Virus record (IMG/VR): IMGVR_UViG_3300042505_000752
Span: 32,001-96,000 of that record
Strand: one strand, 5' to 3'
Length of the DNA stretch: 64,000 nucleotides
Origin: a virus
The stretch's first letter is position 1. Every line of letters starts with the position of its first letter. The translations under genes were made by a program, and so were the position numbers. Positions 11,201 through 19,746 of the stretch are shown here, piece by piece. Under the pieces are notes generated by a model. The model was given only the letters and a program-made list of their open reading frames with translations, was not told where the DNA came from and did no database searches.

Positions 11201-11998
11201 GATTTCTTTGGCAGCGCCAGTAACTTTTGAACTACTTAGTTCTTCACCCTTTTGGATAAGGGAAATGATGTTTGCTAGCGCACTTGCACCTTTTTCAACA
11301 TCCCCAGATGCGTAAGCGAAGTCAAGTAATCCAGCCAATGCACCACTCGTTGCGCCAGTGACTTTTGAGTTTTTTGAAGCGGCTGCAAAAGCCTGAGTAA
11401 GACCCTTCATGCCAACCTCAGCAAGACGAGCATCCCCCGTCATTCCCCGTAGGGCGGCGCTAGAGGCTTTATAGTCCCCACCATAGCGACCTGTGGCTTG
11501 AGCGGCTACGAACTGACGCTGAGCGGCGGCTACTGTTGCTAGGGCGATAGCGGCAACTGCAGCGCCCTTGGCTAGGGCAGATAATGCAACTTGGTATGAC
11601 TTAGCGGCAAATTTACCAATTGCTAACAAGCCGTTGACCGAAGATAATGCCAGCGCAAGACCAGCAGTTTCAATTGCCGCGCCAATCATGGCAAATTTGT
11701 AAGTCGTCTTTAGAATGCCTGCTAGACCTTTTCCTGCCTTGCCTGCTTTTTTAAATCCATTCCCAGCACCATCTGCGTCTTTTCCTAATTTTTGAGTGCT
11801 TTTACCCGCCTTAACAGCAGAGTCGTCAAGATCGTTTAAAGCATCTCCAAATTTTCCAGTTTTGATGCCAGCATTCTGTAATTGAGCGTTAACGAGTTTT
11901 GCCTTGGCAGCAAGTGCTAGGAGTTTGCGTTCTACCTTGTCAATGCCGCCTGTATTAGCATCGGTATCAATTTTTATAGTGACTTGCTCGCGAGCCAT
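8219..11998 (-). CDS. Tape measure protein with C-terminal M15-like peptidase motif
   Basis: 1259-aa Ala/Gly-rich helical protein after the tail chaperone; SDHAAGRAYD...HLHV near the C-terminus. Confidence 0.9.
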   Translation of the reverse strand: MAREQVTIKIDTDANTGGIDKVERKLLALAAKAKLVNAQLQNAGIKTGKFGDALNDLDDSAVKAGKSTQKLGKDADGAGNGFKKAGKAGKGLAGILKTTYKFAMIGAAIETAGLALALSSVNGLLAIGKFAAKSYQVALSALAKGAAVAAIALATVAAAQRQFVAAQATGRYGGDYKASSAALRGMTGDARLAEVGMKGLTQAFAAASKNSKVTGATSGALAGLLDFAYASGDVEKGASALANIISLIQKGEELSSSKVTGAAKEIGPEFEKTYKEMIAGGKMTSAELIKMFSSGEFAQKAGISGASQAVQGSLLGQFKSFITQMQVMFGDLGAQFIQPVQVAFEEIRRIMVRTFTAISPLLADYAKGGLLDNVVKGIDTVSRFLVQLMQDYVPKSQGFFKGFSSFWDKVKSAFGSFTAYLQRFSAASKIINKFLGGIIKALGSGLKKNFETFGESIVKNESSFLKFGDSIEKLISKIFELFSAIRIAFMEALPTLTIFANIISTIVGGVSSMIKGLSGRGFGGSLGLLAAAAPMFLLGDGKKAKGARGFIGKHAKNMLTSKLGIGIGAGIGANYLMGDTPDIIKDSVSGTIIGGAAGLQLAGMLPKGIGGMSAGKMGAVGAIGVGGAVLTQSAASEVSDYAYRKTGGNRYLATATGATTGALGGALTGAAIGSIVPVFGTAIGAAVGAVLGSLVGAYTGFMKDSKYKKEAKQAAQKFVTAYSGIINTALSENNVATARKAFDQFGSNAQKMADLQIKSGTALKEATKKWNEQRASLEGGLKLMESRFADLGKISGLTSEEITKLANSAEISLGNGLLSLQDVLAATGIATMRFGDDLKNYLTDAYSEAVSNIRKTLEILNAPKVANEVTRSFREKALAGTVTTEDQAALLEALAQEQLIASGGDPLKAFQTLYNNIGFEGAKQFTTTGLKDGKAVPGVLAGLGGSLFQGEGQALVDAFFGTGGMGGAVSGAAAENLVSGLAGVGMQAGSVEDITAMLNSVLSEKGMGAYMEIISKITSGEFLVPTTTATPYGAMPGSTLTADEQVALAFKDTEFANTLTLQATNEEKLRSTIEGLQLGMVEWTDSGDTFTTAVGKFDTAAQMIIDELGGDTASPRRNMLNTMGKHSAFDAQIAGNRTVTSGFRTNALGSMSSDHAAGRAYDLVGQNLGLYGQAINKAGGFAEFHGNGSARHLHVVPGNGPVGDTATPYMGAPIMAPSSSSNSTVNLVINATPNMDVNALASEVMYQIERAQRSRNERY

Positions 11999-12031
11999 TG
12001 GTACCTCAACTAAAGTTTGAAGGCTGTAAAA

Positions 12032-12238
12032 CTATTTGTTCTTATTCATTTTACGCTCTTGTTCAGCCCTATCAGCCTCAATAACTTTAGCACATGCATA
12101 CCTAATAACCCATTCTTCATCAGAACAGTTAAGTAATTGTATAGGGTCAGTCCCCCATAGTTCGCCAAGTCTAGCGGCTGCAACAATCCGCCCGTCCGAG
12201 ACTAGAAAGTCTAGGACATCTTCGTAGGGTCCACCGTC
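12032..12238 (-). CDS. Tail assembly chaperone gpT-like frame (no start codon; probably reached by -1 frameshift)
   Basis: Hand translation of the -1 frame: DGGPYEDVLDFLVSDGRIVAAARLGELWGTDPIQLLNCSDEEWVIRYACAKVIEADRAEQERKMNKNK*; fills the gap between the chaperone and tape measure genes. Confidence 0.65.
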   Translation of the reverse strand, partial: DGGPYEDVLDFLVSDGRIVAAARLGELWGTDPIQLLNCSDEEWVIRYACAKVIEADRAEQERKMNKNK

Positions 12239-12726
12239 TCAACGGTGTCTGAATACCCCGCCGCCTCTAGGATTGCTAGAGCCGCCCCTTCAACATGGGG
12301 GTCAATGCCGAAGAAGGCACGGACACAATCTGGAACTGGACGAGTCGTGCTAGTCATCTGGAGAATGGCTTCCGAGGCAAAAGTAAGACCAACACCATCC
12401 TCATTGACTACTTGCTCTCCATTAATGAAGATTCCCGTGCAGGTATGACCAACCACAAAAGCGGCAAAGCGAGTTGCATCCATACCATTTTTGGTATCTT
12501 CACCAGCGTTTTTACGCCATGAACGAAGTTGGTGCTGTGTAATGTTTGGCGAAACCTGAACAGTTACACCGGGGCGTTCTGGGACTTCAATAAATACTGA
12601 ATCCCGTTCAACCTTTTTGGTAATTACTTCTTTTAGTTGTTCCAAAACGCTAGGAGGCTTAACATCCTTGACGACTTGCTTTTTAGGGGTGTTATCTTCT
12701 GAAATGGTGAAAATATCGTTGCTCAT
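12211..12726 (-). CDS. Tail assembly chaperone (gpG-like)
   Basis: Position between tail tube and tape measure; 171 aa ending TVDPTKMS. Confidence 0.7.
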   Translation of the reverse strand: MSNDIFTISEDNTPKKQVVKDVKPPSVLEQLKEVITKKVERDSVFIEVPERPGVTVQVSPNITQHQLRSWRKNAGEDTKNGMDATRFAAFVVGHTCTGIFINGEQVVNEDGVGLTFASEAILQMTSTTRPVPDCVRAFFGIDPHVEGAALAILEAAGYSDTVETVDPTKMS

Positions 12727-12743
12727 GTTTTGAACCCTAGCAT

Positions 12744-12773
12744 GAAAGAAGGAGCACCTAGTGGTACTCCTTC
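12744..12773 (-). terminator. Rho-independent terminator after the tail tube gene
   Basis: GAAGGAGTACC-ACTA-GGTGCTCCTTC followed by TTTC on the minus strand. Confidence 0.7.
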
Positions 12774-12799
12774 AGTCAAAACAATTATTGAATTTTTAT

Positions 12800-13273
12800 T
12801 TAACCTGTAGTGGTTGCGCTAATCACACTCTGAATGCTGAAGGTCAAAGAATAAGTAGACGGAGCACCAGAAGCGGCATCACCATCAGGCTCGGTCAAGC
12901 CGACCAGCAACGCCTTGGAGTAGGTTCGCTGAAGTTCTGGGATGGCAACATTGCAGTTCAATTCGTCAATCTGAATGTCGTAATAAGCACGACCAACCAT
13001 CTGACGAATCCCACCAAGGAAAGATCCGTCAATGTCTGAGTCATAGTGGCGAGTTACCGTGATGTCACCAATTTCCGCAGGAGCACAAAGCACTTCGGGG
13101 AACAACTTTCCACCGATGTAAACTTTTTCAACTGAAGCGGTAATTTCACCACCAGTTACCTGTGCGTAATAAACAAGGTCACCATCTGCGCCAGGGGAAG
13201 GAGGTGTCTCAATATTTCCTGACGATGATGGGCTAATTGATGCAACAATTTGCCTCTGCGCGATTTTGCTCAT
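12800..13273 (-). CDS. Tail tube protein
   Basis: 157 aa directly after the sheath; GDITVTRHYD, PDGDAASG motifs. Confidence 0.8.
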   Translation of the reverse strand: MSKIAQRQIVASISPSSSGNIETPPSPGADGDLVYYAQVTGGEITASVEKVYIGGKLFPEVLCAPAEIGDITVTRHYDSDIDGSFLGGIRQMVGRAYYDIQIDELNCNVAIPELQRTYSKALLVGLTEPDGDAASGAPSTYSLTFSIQSVISATTTG

Positions 13274-13292
13274 AGTTGTTCCTTGCTCCTTA

Positions 13293-14750
13293 TCAGACTA
13301 CTGATGCTGTGAGATTTGACTTAGTGACATCAACCTGAATCTGGTCACCAATGCTAGAAATACGGACTCCGACCTTAGCCTTGACTAAACCGCCAGCCAA
13401 TTGCGAAAGCGGGTTAATGGCATCGCTAACAACAACAGAGTAACCGTAGTCAATGCGACGACCAGTACCATCAAATGCCTCATACAACCCACCAGCAATA
13501 CGGATGGGTTCCAACATGGCGACAAGGCGACCCTTGACACGAGTAAACAAGGCAGAACGACCATCAATTGGTGAGAAAATCAAGTCTTCCAGAACTGACT
13601 CTGATTGAACAACAATAAAGTTGAGCATTTCGCGAGCGTTCAAGAAGCGATAGTTATCTTCATCATTGGATACCGAGCGAGCGCCATAGACGCGAACACG
13701 ACCACCAATGATGCGCAAAGTGTTAACTCGCGACTCATCCAAGGTGTTGCTAATCGTCTTGGTTACCGTATCGTTCAATCCAGTCAACCAGCGCGATTCC
13801 GAAATAACACCAGCGTAAGCCGCCCAAGAACCAGTACGGTTGTGGGCAATTGAACGCTTGGCGGCTACGAAACCTTCTGGCGAAATGACAATAGCGGTGT
13901 CATCGTCACGAGTTGCCTTGACCCATGGCCAGAACAGGCCACCATATTCTGCGTAAGCAGAGGCAGAAAGTGTGCTTGTGGCATGCGTTGCCGCTTGGGT
14001 TGAAGTGTAGTTAGAAGGTGTTGACAAAATTGCCATGCGGTGATTTTCATAGCAATGGGTGAGCATTAACAAATGAACCGATCCAATATTTGCACTAGTC
14101 ACAAAACCTGGCATTGAAAGAGCGCCAGCACCAAGATCGTATCCAAAATCGGCCATAGCGTCTGTCCAGTTGGCATCCACGATGGTTGCAACTTTGTCAT
14201 CACCAGCACTGAATGCCAATGGGCTTGCTACATCAACAAATGCTCCACCATTGGCGACTGCCGTGATGTATTTTGCTGCCGTGGCGCTACTGTTGATCTT
14301 ATTTACAAGAGCAGCGGCTGTTGCCGCTTCTCCAGAAGCATAAACAAGTTCACCACTCAAATACAACTTAAGTGTTTTTCCACTACCAATACTAGTGATA
14401 GTTGCCGTGAGGTTACTTGACCATGAGCCTTCGCCAACAGCAGTGAGTGTGAGTGCGGGAGTAGAGGCTGGCAAAGCACGAACGCCAGCGGTTGCTGATG
14501 CTCCTACAACTCGCGAAACATAAACCTGTGCTCCACCTTCTTCAAAGAAGGTCTGCACTTGCTGATGCACAACTCCAGTTGAAATATAACCACCATAGAT
14601 TGATTCGTAGTCGGAAAGACTAGTTACCAGTTGCGATCCGCTAGACGAACCGCGCTCCGTGATTCCAACAACAAACCAAGTAGAGGTTGGCGATTGGTTG
14701 ATTGTACTCGGTCCTGTTCGGACTGATGTGTTGACTACGATTCCGGGCAT
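13293..14750 (-). CDS. Contractile tail sheath protein
   Basis: TSLSDYESIYG, FFEEGGAQVYVSRV, VNTLRIIGGRVRVYGARS, FLNAREMLNFI motifs; ATG at 14750. Confidence 0.92.
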   Translation of the reverse strand: MPGIVVNTSVRTGPSTINQSPTSTWFVVGITERGSSSGSQLVTSLSDYESIYGGYISTGVVHQQVQTFFEEGGAQVYVSRVVGASATAGVRALPASTPALTLTAVGEGSWSSNLTATITSIGSGKTLKLYLSGELVYASGEAATAAALVNKINSSATAAKYITAVANGGAFVDVASPLAFSAGDDKVATIVDANWTDAMADFGYDLGAGALSMPGFVTSANIGSVHLLMLTHCYENHRMAILSTPSNYTSTQAATHATSTLSASAYAEYGGLFWPWVKATRDDDTAIVISPEGFVAAKRSIAHNRTGSWAAYAGVISESRWLTGLNDTVTKTISNTLDESRVNTLRIIGGRVRVYGARSVSNDEDNYRFLNAREMLNFIVVQSESVLEDLIFSPIDGRSALFTRVKGRLVAMLEPIRIAGGLYEAFDGTGRRIDYGYSVVVSDAINPLSQLAGGLVKAKVGVRISSIGDQIQVDVTKSNLTASVV

Positions 14751-14892
14751 CGTGCCTTCCTCCGCTCCCATAACTTGGGACTAAGTTCATGACTTTATGA
14801 AGTATACCTGGTCTAATGCCTATATTTTGAACAGGTGAAACTTACCTGTAACTATTGTGACCGATTATTGCTATATCCTAGTGGAACAACTG

Positions 14893-15495
14893 TTATATAT
14901 TGTCAAAAGTTTCTTGAATAGCAACATCTACGACTTCTGTTTCTATGCTCGTTGCGCTTGGTGCGATAACTGGAATACGGCTTGTTTCTACGATTGTTAC
15001 CGTATATCCAAGATAAGCGCCAGCCATAACTCGCTCTCCCTTGATAAGTGTAAGTTCTGAATATTCTTCACGAATACTTGATTCGTCAATCATTACTTCT
15101 AAACCCTCCGAATCCCCACACTGATTGAGTGATGGACCATCAAGAATGGCAGAGCGTAAAACTGTTATCAATCGGTCTCTTTTAAGTGTTGCAAGATCAC
15201 TTTGGTCATCTTTTACCCAAATATATGTTCTCATTGTGTAGGCGACACTAAATCTAGGGTCATATAGGCGCGTATAGTCGGTTCGCTCCAAGCCATCCAT
15301 TGAAATTGCCACGGTAATTAAAGTAGGCCATGCGTCAATTGCTACAGGTTCGTAGGCTAGGTACTTTTTCGGCTCAGGAAGTTCTTCATCATCAAGGTTC
15401 CAAGCATTACGATATTTAATAAGCCTATCTGGTAAATCAGATTCTAGATATAAATTGACAAATTCTTTTGCCTTATGGGGTCCCTGCATCGTCAT
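14893..15495 (-). CDS. Tail completion / terminator protein
   Basis: Position between the gpG-like neck gene and the sheath; WPTLITV and LITVLRSAIL pattern. Confidence 0.55.
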   Translation of the reverse strand: MTMQGPHKAKEFVNLYLESDLPDRLIKYRNAWNLDDEELPEPKKYLAYEPVAIDAWPTLITVAISMDGLERTDYTRLYDPRFSVAYTMRTYIWVKDDQSDLATLKRDRLITVLRSAILDGPSLNQCGDSEGLEVMIDESSIREEYSELTLIKGERVMAGAYLGYTVTIVETSRIPVIAPSATSIETEVVDVAIQETFDNI

Positions 15496-15938
15496 TAGAG
15501 CGTCCCATTAACAATATAGTTAGCGGCTTTTCGTGACAAGTCTTCACTGAAGCCTCGGGGTTCAAAGATAATTTTTCGTGCTGGCATCTTTGTAGTCCCA
15601 TATTGATGAAACTTTGCATACTCAACATTTGTACCAAAATTTGCAAATGTTGGAGTAATAACATTAGGAGGACCAAACAAAGATGTCAAAGAACGCATCA
15701 ATTTACCAGTAGGACCTGCTAGTGGGGGGTGCGTGTATGATTCTGCATCACGCCTCGGTGCCCATCCACCCACTGGTAAACCGCCAGTAGCAAAGTTTTC
15801 TGCATTTGCTAATTCAAGCATTTTCCTTGCATACATGAAAAGAGGCGTAAAGTTCTTTGAACGCAATTTCATGGTATTTAGGCGCAGGAGGGCTTCCTTA
15901 ATATCAACATCAATATCAATATCAACACTCATACTCAT
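15495..15938 (-). CDS. Phage virion morphogenesis protein (Mu gpG-like tail completion)
   Basis: F..GG....WAP, TGKLMRSL, FGTNVEYAKFHQYGT.KMPARKI signature; ATGA overlap start at 15938. Confidence 0.8.
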   Translation of the reverse strand: MSMSVDIDIDVDIKEALLRLNTMKLRSKNFTPLFMYARKMLELANAENFATGGLPVGGWAPRRDAESYTHPPLAGPTGKLMRSLTSLFGPPNVITPTFANFGTNVEYAKFHQYGTTKMPARKIIFEPRGFSEDLSRKAANYIVNGTL

Positions 15939-16564
15939 GAGACGCGAACTCGCTTCCATCGCTTAACGGAACGAAGTTCTTCCTCGGAAAATCCCGTAGT
16001 TAAGGGGGCAGTATTTCTGGTTTCAAGGTCCTTGATACCAACAACATCATCGTGCATGTTTTGCATTTCGCGAGCCGCTGCTCGTAAAATTAATAGTCTA
16101 AATATTTTAATTTCAGAGCCAGCAAGACCTGCCGTATATTCAATTTCAATAGAATCATTGGCAAATGTTCGGTAAATATCTACGCCATAGCGCCTAACGA
16201 CATAATCAGTACCTTCAGTCAAAACTTCAGGAACGCTACCCGGAGTAGGCGATGTGACGGTAATTGTCTCAACGGAAACAATTGGCGAATTCCGTGCATA
16301 AAGCGTGTATGGAGGATGGAACCATGTCATTGGACGCTCGGTCGTATCCAGACTGACATCGTAAAAGAAAGATGAAGTTGGAACGCCAACACTATTTGAC
16401 TCAACAACATATGTTTCCGTTAATGAATTTACTTCAATTGGACGGCGAAGCCACGCCTCTAATTCACTTTGGAGACCTTCAAGGACATATTCAGCAGCAT
16501 GAAGTTGCCGATTGCTTAGTTTGATGTCCATGTAACGCTCTAATTCAACAATACTGACAAGCAT
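15935..16564 (-). CDS. Head-tail adaptor / connector (gp6/gp15-like)
   Basis: LVSIVELERYM N-terminus, PIVSVETI, IEIEYTAG motifs. Confidence 0.7.
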   Translation of the reverse strand: MLVSIVELERYMDIKLSNRQLHAAEYVLEGLQSELEAWLRRPIEVNSLTETYVVESNSVGVPTSSFFYDVSLDTTERPMTWFHPPYTLYARNSPIVSVETITVTSPTPGSVPEVLTEGTDYVVRRYGVDIYRTFANDSIEIEYTAGLAGSEIKIFRLLILRAAAREMQNMHDDVVGIKDLETRNTAPLTTGFSEEELRSVKRWKRVRVS

Positions 16565-16607
16565 TCTGCACCTTCCTTACGGATAAGTTTACTATTTAAT
16601 GCTCGGC

Positions 16608-17690
16608 TTAGAGGTAAGAGGCTAAAATCTCATCCCATTTTTTAGCCATAACTTTTACATTTAAGGCTTCAACTAGTTTTCTATTCTTTTTTGCCTCTTC
16701 AGAGCGAGCACGCACATCTGTCATTTCAGTTAGATAATTAACCCAGTCATCTTTACTTGAAGCAAGAAACCCAATCCCGTACTCATCGTGAAGTCTGCGA
16801 TATTCAGGCATGTCGGACATAACTACGGGGATGTTTGATGCTGAGTATTCAAGTGCTTTAATCCATGATTTTGCACGATTAAATGGGACATCATTCAGCG
16901 GAGCAACTCCACAGTCAAATTCAAAAGACAAACGAGCATAATCTTTTGGGTGATGCATGGGGGTTAGGGTTACATTTTTTCGTTCAACGCCAACTTTGTC
17001 AGCAAAATATTCTGATGATGAGTTATGCCCAGAATGATGCAATCGCCACAATGGATTATTCAATACTCCATCCAAAATTTCAAGGTCTCCAGAACGATGC
17101 GAAGTTGAACCAACCCATCCAACTTTCATTTTGCGCTGACGATGAAAACGCTGACGAAAATCTAATGGCGTAATACAATTCTCAATCAAATGAACATTTT
17201 TACAGCCAAATTCATTTTTAAGTTTCTCAGCAATATAAGGCGTACTAGTTGTTACGGCATGCCCAAGTTGAATGATCTGTTTATAGAAATCTATGTTTTC
17301 TGTTTTGTTAAAATCTGGGTGCGTTAGTTTATATGCTTGATTATCTTTGTGGAGTTCCCAGTACCAATCATCAATATCATTAATAAATACTTGATTTTTG
17401 TTTGGGTTTTCTGCAAGTTTTTCAGCAAGATTACTAAACATTAACCGCTGTAAGACAATAATATCGCAGTCATAGTGACTATTTGAACCCCAGTCGCCAA
17501 TACCAAATCCCTTTTGTGGGTGATAAACCAAAAGACCAGTAACAGAATGGTATTTGAGATGTTTGCGATTTTGTTGTATGCGGACCCAATTAGCACCACC
17601 AGGTACTGGATGTCCAGATTGGTCAAGCATTGACTGAGACCAATCAGTTGAAGCAAATCCTATTTTAATCATTTTGCTAGTATGAGCCAT
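16608..17690 (-). CDS. GT-B fold glycosyltransferase
   Basis: DIIVLQR, INDIDDWYW, VTTSTPY, VGWVGS..H, DCGVAPL...FNRAKSWIKALEY. Confidence 0.85.
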   Translation of the reverse strand: MAHTSKMIKIGFASTDWSQSMLDQSGHPVPGGANWVRIQQNRKHLKYHSVTGLLVYHPQKGFGIGDWGSNSHYDCDIIVLQRLMFSNLAEKLAENPNKNQVFINDIDDWYWELHKDNQAYKLTHPDFNKTENIDFYKQIIQLGHAVTTSTPYIAEKLKNEFGCKNVHLIENCITPLDFRQRFHRQRKMKVGWVGSTSHRSGDLEILDGVLNNPLWRLHHSGHNSSSEYFADKVGVERKNVTLTPMHHPKDYARLSFEFDCGVAPLNDVPFNRAKSWIKALEYSASNIPVVMSDMPEYRRLHDEYGIGFLASSKDDWVNYLTEMTDVRARSEEAKKNRKLVEALNVKVMAKKWDEILASYL

Positions 17691-17739
17691 GTATTTCCCT
17701 TATTTGTGATTCAGGGAAATCCTAGCACGCCATTTATGA

Positions 17740-17922
17740 TTACCCGTTACGGCGAAGCCTATCTGGAAGCAAATCTCGTCCAGCGCCCTGTGGGTTGCCA
17801 GCACCGCCAAGGCGCTTATTCATGCCTCGGAGAAGGAATGCAAGAGCGCGTCGCCACCACGCAGGGCGACGACCTTCACGCTCGTCAGGTTCAACATCTG
17901 GTGTACCACCGGGTATAGGCAT
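17740..17922 (-). CDS. Small basic hypothetical protein
   Basis: Good RBS (AGGAGAAGAT-ATG) and TGCTAAAAT element at 17945-17953; Arg-rich RRPAWWRRA segment. Confidence 0.55.
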   Translation of the reverse strand: MPIPGGTPDVEPDEREGRRPAWWRRALAFLLRGMNKRLGGAGNPQGAGRDLLPDRLRRNG

Positions 17923-17975
17923 ATCTTCTCCTAATCTCTAAAAGATTTTAGCACAATATAATAACCTGTTATTGA

Positions 17976-18566
17976 TTATCCGTCGGCGTTCGGTGGGCGC
18001 TCAATAACAAGAGCATCGTCTTTGGCTGATGATGGTGCCTCAATCGGAACCCATGCTGAAGAGTATTTATGTTCTGCAATATTTTTATCTTTCAGCATTG
18101 TGCCGTCAACCATTAGGTCAATTTCATCCATATGCATGACAAACATTCGTTTGATGTCTGCCTCGCTATATTTGCGTGACCGAAGAACCTGCTGAATAAT
18201 CCGCGACAACTTCTTTGCGACCACCTCGCCACGAGAACGATTAAGTCGGGCATGAAGAATCATAGCCTCAATATCATCACAGTCAACATAAATAACAGGT
18301 ACAGTATCCTCTGTAATTTTTGATAGTTTATGTAAACTTTTACTAATTTGCCACCTATACGAACCGTCAATAATTACATTTTTTGACTTCTGAACAATTA
18401 GTGGCTGAAGCCACCCATAATCCTCCATAGACCTTGCTAGTACCTGTAAGTCAGGCTTCAAGATATATGTTGTACGCCACGAAGCCAGATTCAATGTAGA
18501 GCCATCAACCCACTCCATTTGTCCATTGCCTAGCATTCCAGATTTGCCTTTTCCAAAAATTCCCAT
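17976..18566 (-). CDS. ParB/Srx-like protein (IbrB/YbdM-like)
   Basis: SMEDYGWLQPLIV...IIDGSYRW, MILHARLNRSRG; adjacent to an IbrA-like gene. Confidence 0.75.
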   Translation of the reverse strand: MGIFGKGKSGMLGNGQMEWVDGSTLNLASWRTTYILKPDLQVLARSMEDYGWLQPLIVQKSKNVIIDGSYRWQISKSLHKLSKITEDTVPVIYVDCDDIEAMILHARLNRSRGEVVAKKLSRIIQQVLRSRKYSEADIKRMFVMHMDEIDLMVDGTMLKDKNIAEHKYSSAWVPIEAPSSAKDDALVIERPPNADG

Positions 18567-18574
18567 AATTTCTC

Positions 18575-19738
18575 CTACCGTGAATCGTCTTGATAATCAA
18601 GTGCGTCTAATTCGGCTAACTCTTGAGCCTCTGCCAGACGCATAGTATGTGCTCGTGTTTTTGGTCCAATAGGGTTTACTGAACTGATATTGAATTCATT
18701 AATTAATAGATTTCTAATCAACCAGTGGACTGGGTATGAATAAGGGTCTTTGCGATGCTTCTTTCTAAATTCTGAAGCAAATGCCATTGCCCGCTGTTTC
18801 AGCCCTGGTGTAATTATATTGTCATCAATGCACAATTGCACGCCTTTCCAACCTCTGAGGGCATACATTTGGATCATGAGTTCAAGGTCAAACTGTGACC
18901 ACAAACGGCGCTGTGCATCAATGTGTGGAAAACACTCCACTAGTCTGTCGTAAAATTCTGGTTCAGTTCTAACTACATCCTTAATGCGTCGGATGGCAAC
19001 TGAGTGCAATGGAATACCAATACGGCTATTTGAGCCAGACAGAGCAGCGTGGTCGTAATATTCGCAGTATGAGGCATTGTGTTCCTCTGAAATAAATTTA
19101 AACACATCGCTTGCTGTCCAGTCATAAATAACCTTGGCAAATCGCAAAGGAATTGACTTTTTCATTTTGAATGGGATATTGATGTAATTTTCATTTAATT
19201 TCTGAACACATGCTCTATATCTGACCATTGACTCGTTGGCTCGTACACCAGTCAAGAAAGCAACACTTCCCGACTTTCCTTGCATTGTGTAATAGTCAAT
19301 TGACTCTGGAAGAATTTGATCTCGTGTAAGTCCGAAATGTTCAGCAGTAATTGCCCACGGCGGAATATCGCGGTAGAGACGACCTTCTCGTTCTCGCTTG
19401 GCGGACCAAAGTAAACAAAACTCTCGCCTACCTAGAACCCAGACTTCTTGACCCATTGGCATGCAATACCATTCCATGTCAACCCAGTCGTAATTGCGTA
19501 CTTCTTCAATATATTTAATAGTCAAAGGCGAAACCATTTCTTCGTCTCTGAAGATTACTTTTACTGGACCCAACCCTCGTTCTTCATGAATTTCTTTCGC
19601 AAGATACAAAACTGCTGTTGAGTCTTTACCCCCTGAGAATTGAACACATACCGTGTCAAAAGTGTCGTAGACATGTCGGATTCTTTCGCGAGCAGCCTCA
19701 ACACAATTGATATCTAAAAACATTCTTTGTCTGGTCAT
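18575..19738 (-). CDS. PAPS reductase-family protein (IbrA/YbdN-like)
   Basis: EAARERIRHV...VQFSGGKDSTAVL PP-loop, TGVRANESMVR, IYDW...DVF. Confidence 0.88.
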   Translation of the reverse strand: MTRQRMFLDINCVEAARERIRHVYDTFDTVCVQFSGGKDSTAVLYLAKEIHEERGLGPVKVIFRDEEMVSPLTIKYIEEVRNYDWVDMEWYCMPMGQEVWVLGRREFCLLWSAKREREGRLYRDIPPWAITAEHFGLTRDQILPESIDYYTMQGKSGSVAFLTGVRANESMVRYRACVQKLNENYINIPFKMKKSIPLRFAKVIYDWTASDVFKFISEEHNASYCEYYDHAALSGSNSRIGIPLHSVAIRRIKDVVRTEPEFYDRLVECFPHIDAQRRLWSQFDLELMIQMYALRGWKGVQLCIDDNIITPGLKQRAMAFASEFRKKHRKDPYSYPVHWLIRNLLINEFNISSVNPIGPKTRAHTMRLAEAQELAELDALDYQDDSR

Positions 19739-19746
19739 TATTTTCC

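Noticed and set aside
2357-14750. Bacterial extracellular contractile injection system or tailocin
   Set aside because: Terminase, portal, protease and capsid genes are in the same contig, so this is a complete phage
18575-19738. PAPS reductase as a sulfur-assimilation auxiliary metabolic gene (cysH)
   Set aside because: The length, the IbrA-type N-terminus and the flanking ParB genes point to the IbrA/DndC-like branch rather than CysH
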